Assembly (NCBI GenBank): GCA_039583505.1 | Contig: JAVKSW010000001.1 | Coordinates: forward strand, 1-24,322 | DNA length: 24,322 nucleotides | DNA from: Bryobacteraceae bacterium | GTDB lineage: Bacteria; Acidobacteriota; Terriglobia; Bryobacterales; Bryobacteraceae | Direction of reading: 5' to 3' | In this document: piece by piece, positions 23,528-24,322 of the stretch | Numbering within the stretch: the first letter of the stretch is position 1 | How the letters are laid out: every line of letters starts with the position of its first letter | Notes under the pieces: generated by a model | Told to the model about the DNA's origin: nothing | Database searches by the model: none | What the model saw: the letters and a program-made list of their open reading frames with translations, nothing else | Program-made: the position numbers and the translations under genes

Positions 23528-24322
23528 ATGCCAGCTCTAACCGTCAGGCAACTCGCCGAAATCTGCAATGGACAGGTGGAAGGCGACAGCCAACGCCTGA
23601 TCAGCGGCGCAAACACGCTGGAGAATGCGAGAGAAGCGGATCTGGCGTTTGCCGCCAGCCGAAAGGGGCTAGACGCAGCACGATCCTCTCGAGCGGGTTG
23701 CTTATTGGTAACGCCGCAGTTTGCCCACACTGGTTCCTGGTCTCTCATTCGAGTGCCGGATCCTCGCATTGCGTTTGCTCGTGCCCTCGCTTCTCTCTAT
23801 CCGGCACGCAGCCCTGTGCCGGCGGTGCATTCGACTGCCCTCATCGCGACGACCGCACAGATTGGAAGCGATTGCTTCGTGGGAGCATACGCGAGCATAG
23901 GCGAGCACACGACTATCGATAGCGGCTGCCATATCGGAAACGGATGCGCGATCGGGGAGCGCGTTTCGATCGGCAAAGATACCGTCTTGTACGCAAACAC
24001 GACCATCTATAACGACGTGCGCGTGGGTGCGCGCGTCATTCTGCACTCCGGTTGTGTGATCGGAGCGGACGGCTTTGGGTTCACGTTAATGGACGGTCAT
24101 TACGAAAAGTTCCCCCAGGTGGGAACGGTCGAGATCGGCGACGACGTTGAAATGGGCGCAAACTGCTGTGTCGACCGCGCCGCACTGGGCGTAACCCGGA
24201 TCGGCCGGGGAACGAAACTCGACAATCTCGTCCATGTCGCGCACAACTGTGAGATCGGCAGCCATGTCGTCGTGGCGGCGCAGACTGGATTCTCCGGCAG
24301 TGTCGTGGTCGGCGACTACGCC
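23528..24322 (+). CDS. lpxD: UDP-3-O-acyl-glucosamine N-acyltransferase (3' partial)
   Basis: Translated by hand because it is missing from the ORF track: MPALTVRQLAEICNGQVEGD...V.DPRIAFAR...IGADGFGF....G.YEKFPQVG.VEIGDDVEMGAN..VDR......TKLDNLVHVAHNC. The frame stays open to the window end. Confidence 0.93.
   Translation, partial: MPALTVRQLAEICNGQVEGDSQRLISGANTLENAREADLAFAASRKGLDAARSSRAGCLLVTPQFAHTGSWSLIRVPDPRIAFARALASLYPARSPVPAVHSTALIATTAQIGSDCFVGAYASIGEHTTIDSGCHIGNGCAIGERVSIGKDTVLYANTTIYNDVRVGARVILHSGCVIGADGFGFTLMDGHYEKFPQVGTVEIGDDVEMGANCCVDRAALGVTRIGRGTKLDNLVHVAHNCEIGSHVVVAAQTGFSGSVVVGDYA

Noticed and set aside
1-24322. CRISPR arrays, IS elements, prophage genes, rRNA, riboswitches, programmed frameshifts
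   Set aside because: By eye I found no spaced direct repeats, terminal inverted repeats, transposase or integrase motifs, recognisable riboswitch consensus or broken reading frames. An Rfam/ISEScan run would be needed to exclude weak cases.

Overview
A GC-rich, densely packed bacterial chromosomal segment. The fused lptFG, the HipA_2-type kinase and the gene mix suggest Acidobacteriota, which is an inference. No integrase, transposase, CRISPR array or rRNA was seen. Left to right: partial TldD/PmbA-like gene, fused lptF-lptG, small PHA-system-family gene, tRNA-Arg(ACG), REC-GGDEF diguanylate cyclase, clpP, MltD-like lytic transglycosylase, an acidic-N/basic-C histone-H1-like protein, a 70-aa unknown protein, an orphan HipA-like kinase, a ThiO-like FAD oxidase coupled to a LysR regulator, divergent leuABCD (short-form LeuA), scpA-scpB-rluB-CoA-binding protein-SH3 lipoprotein, MlaF-like ATPase, mobA, AmiC-like amidase, and a head-to-head lpxA-like/lpxD pair. 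lpxD runs off the window and is absent from the ORF track. The best candidate for an undescribed system is the H1-like protein / 70-aa protein / orphan kinase cluster (7191-9173). Other leads are a LysR-controlled leu operon whose LeuA lacks the feedback domain, an LpxA paralog with a remodelled acceptor site, and apparent leaderless transcripts from extended -10 promoters. All family calls come from reading motifs by eye; no searches were run.
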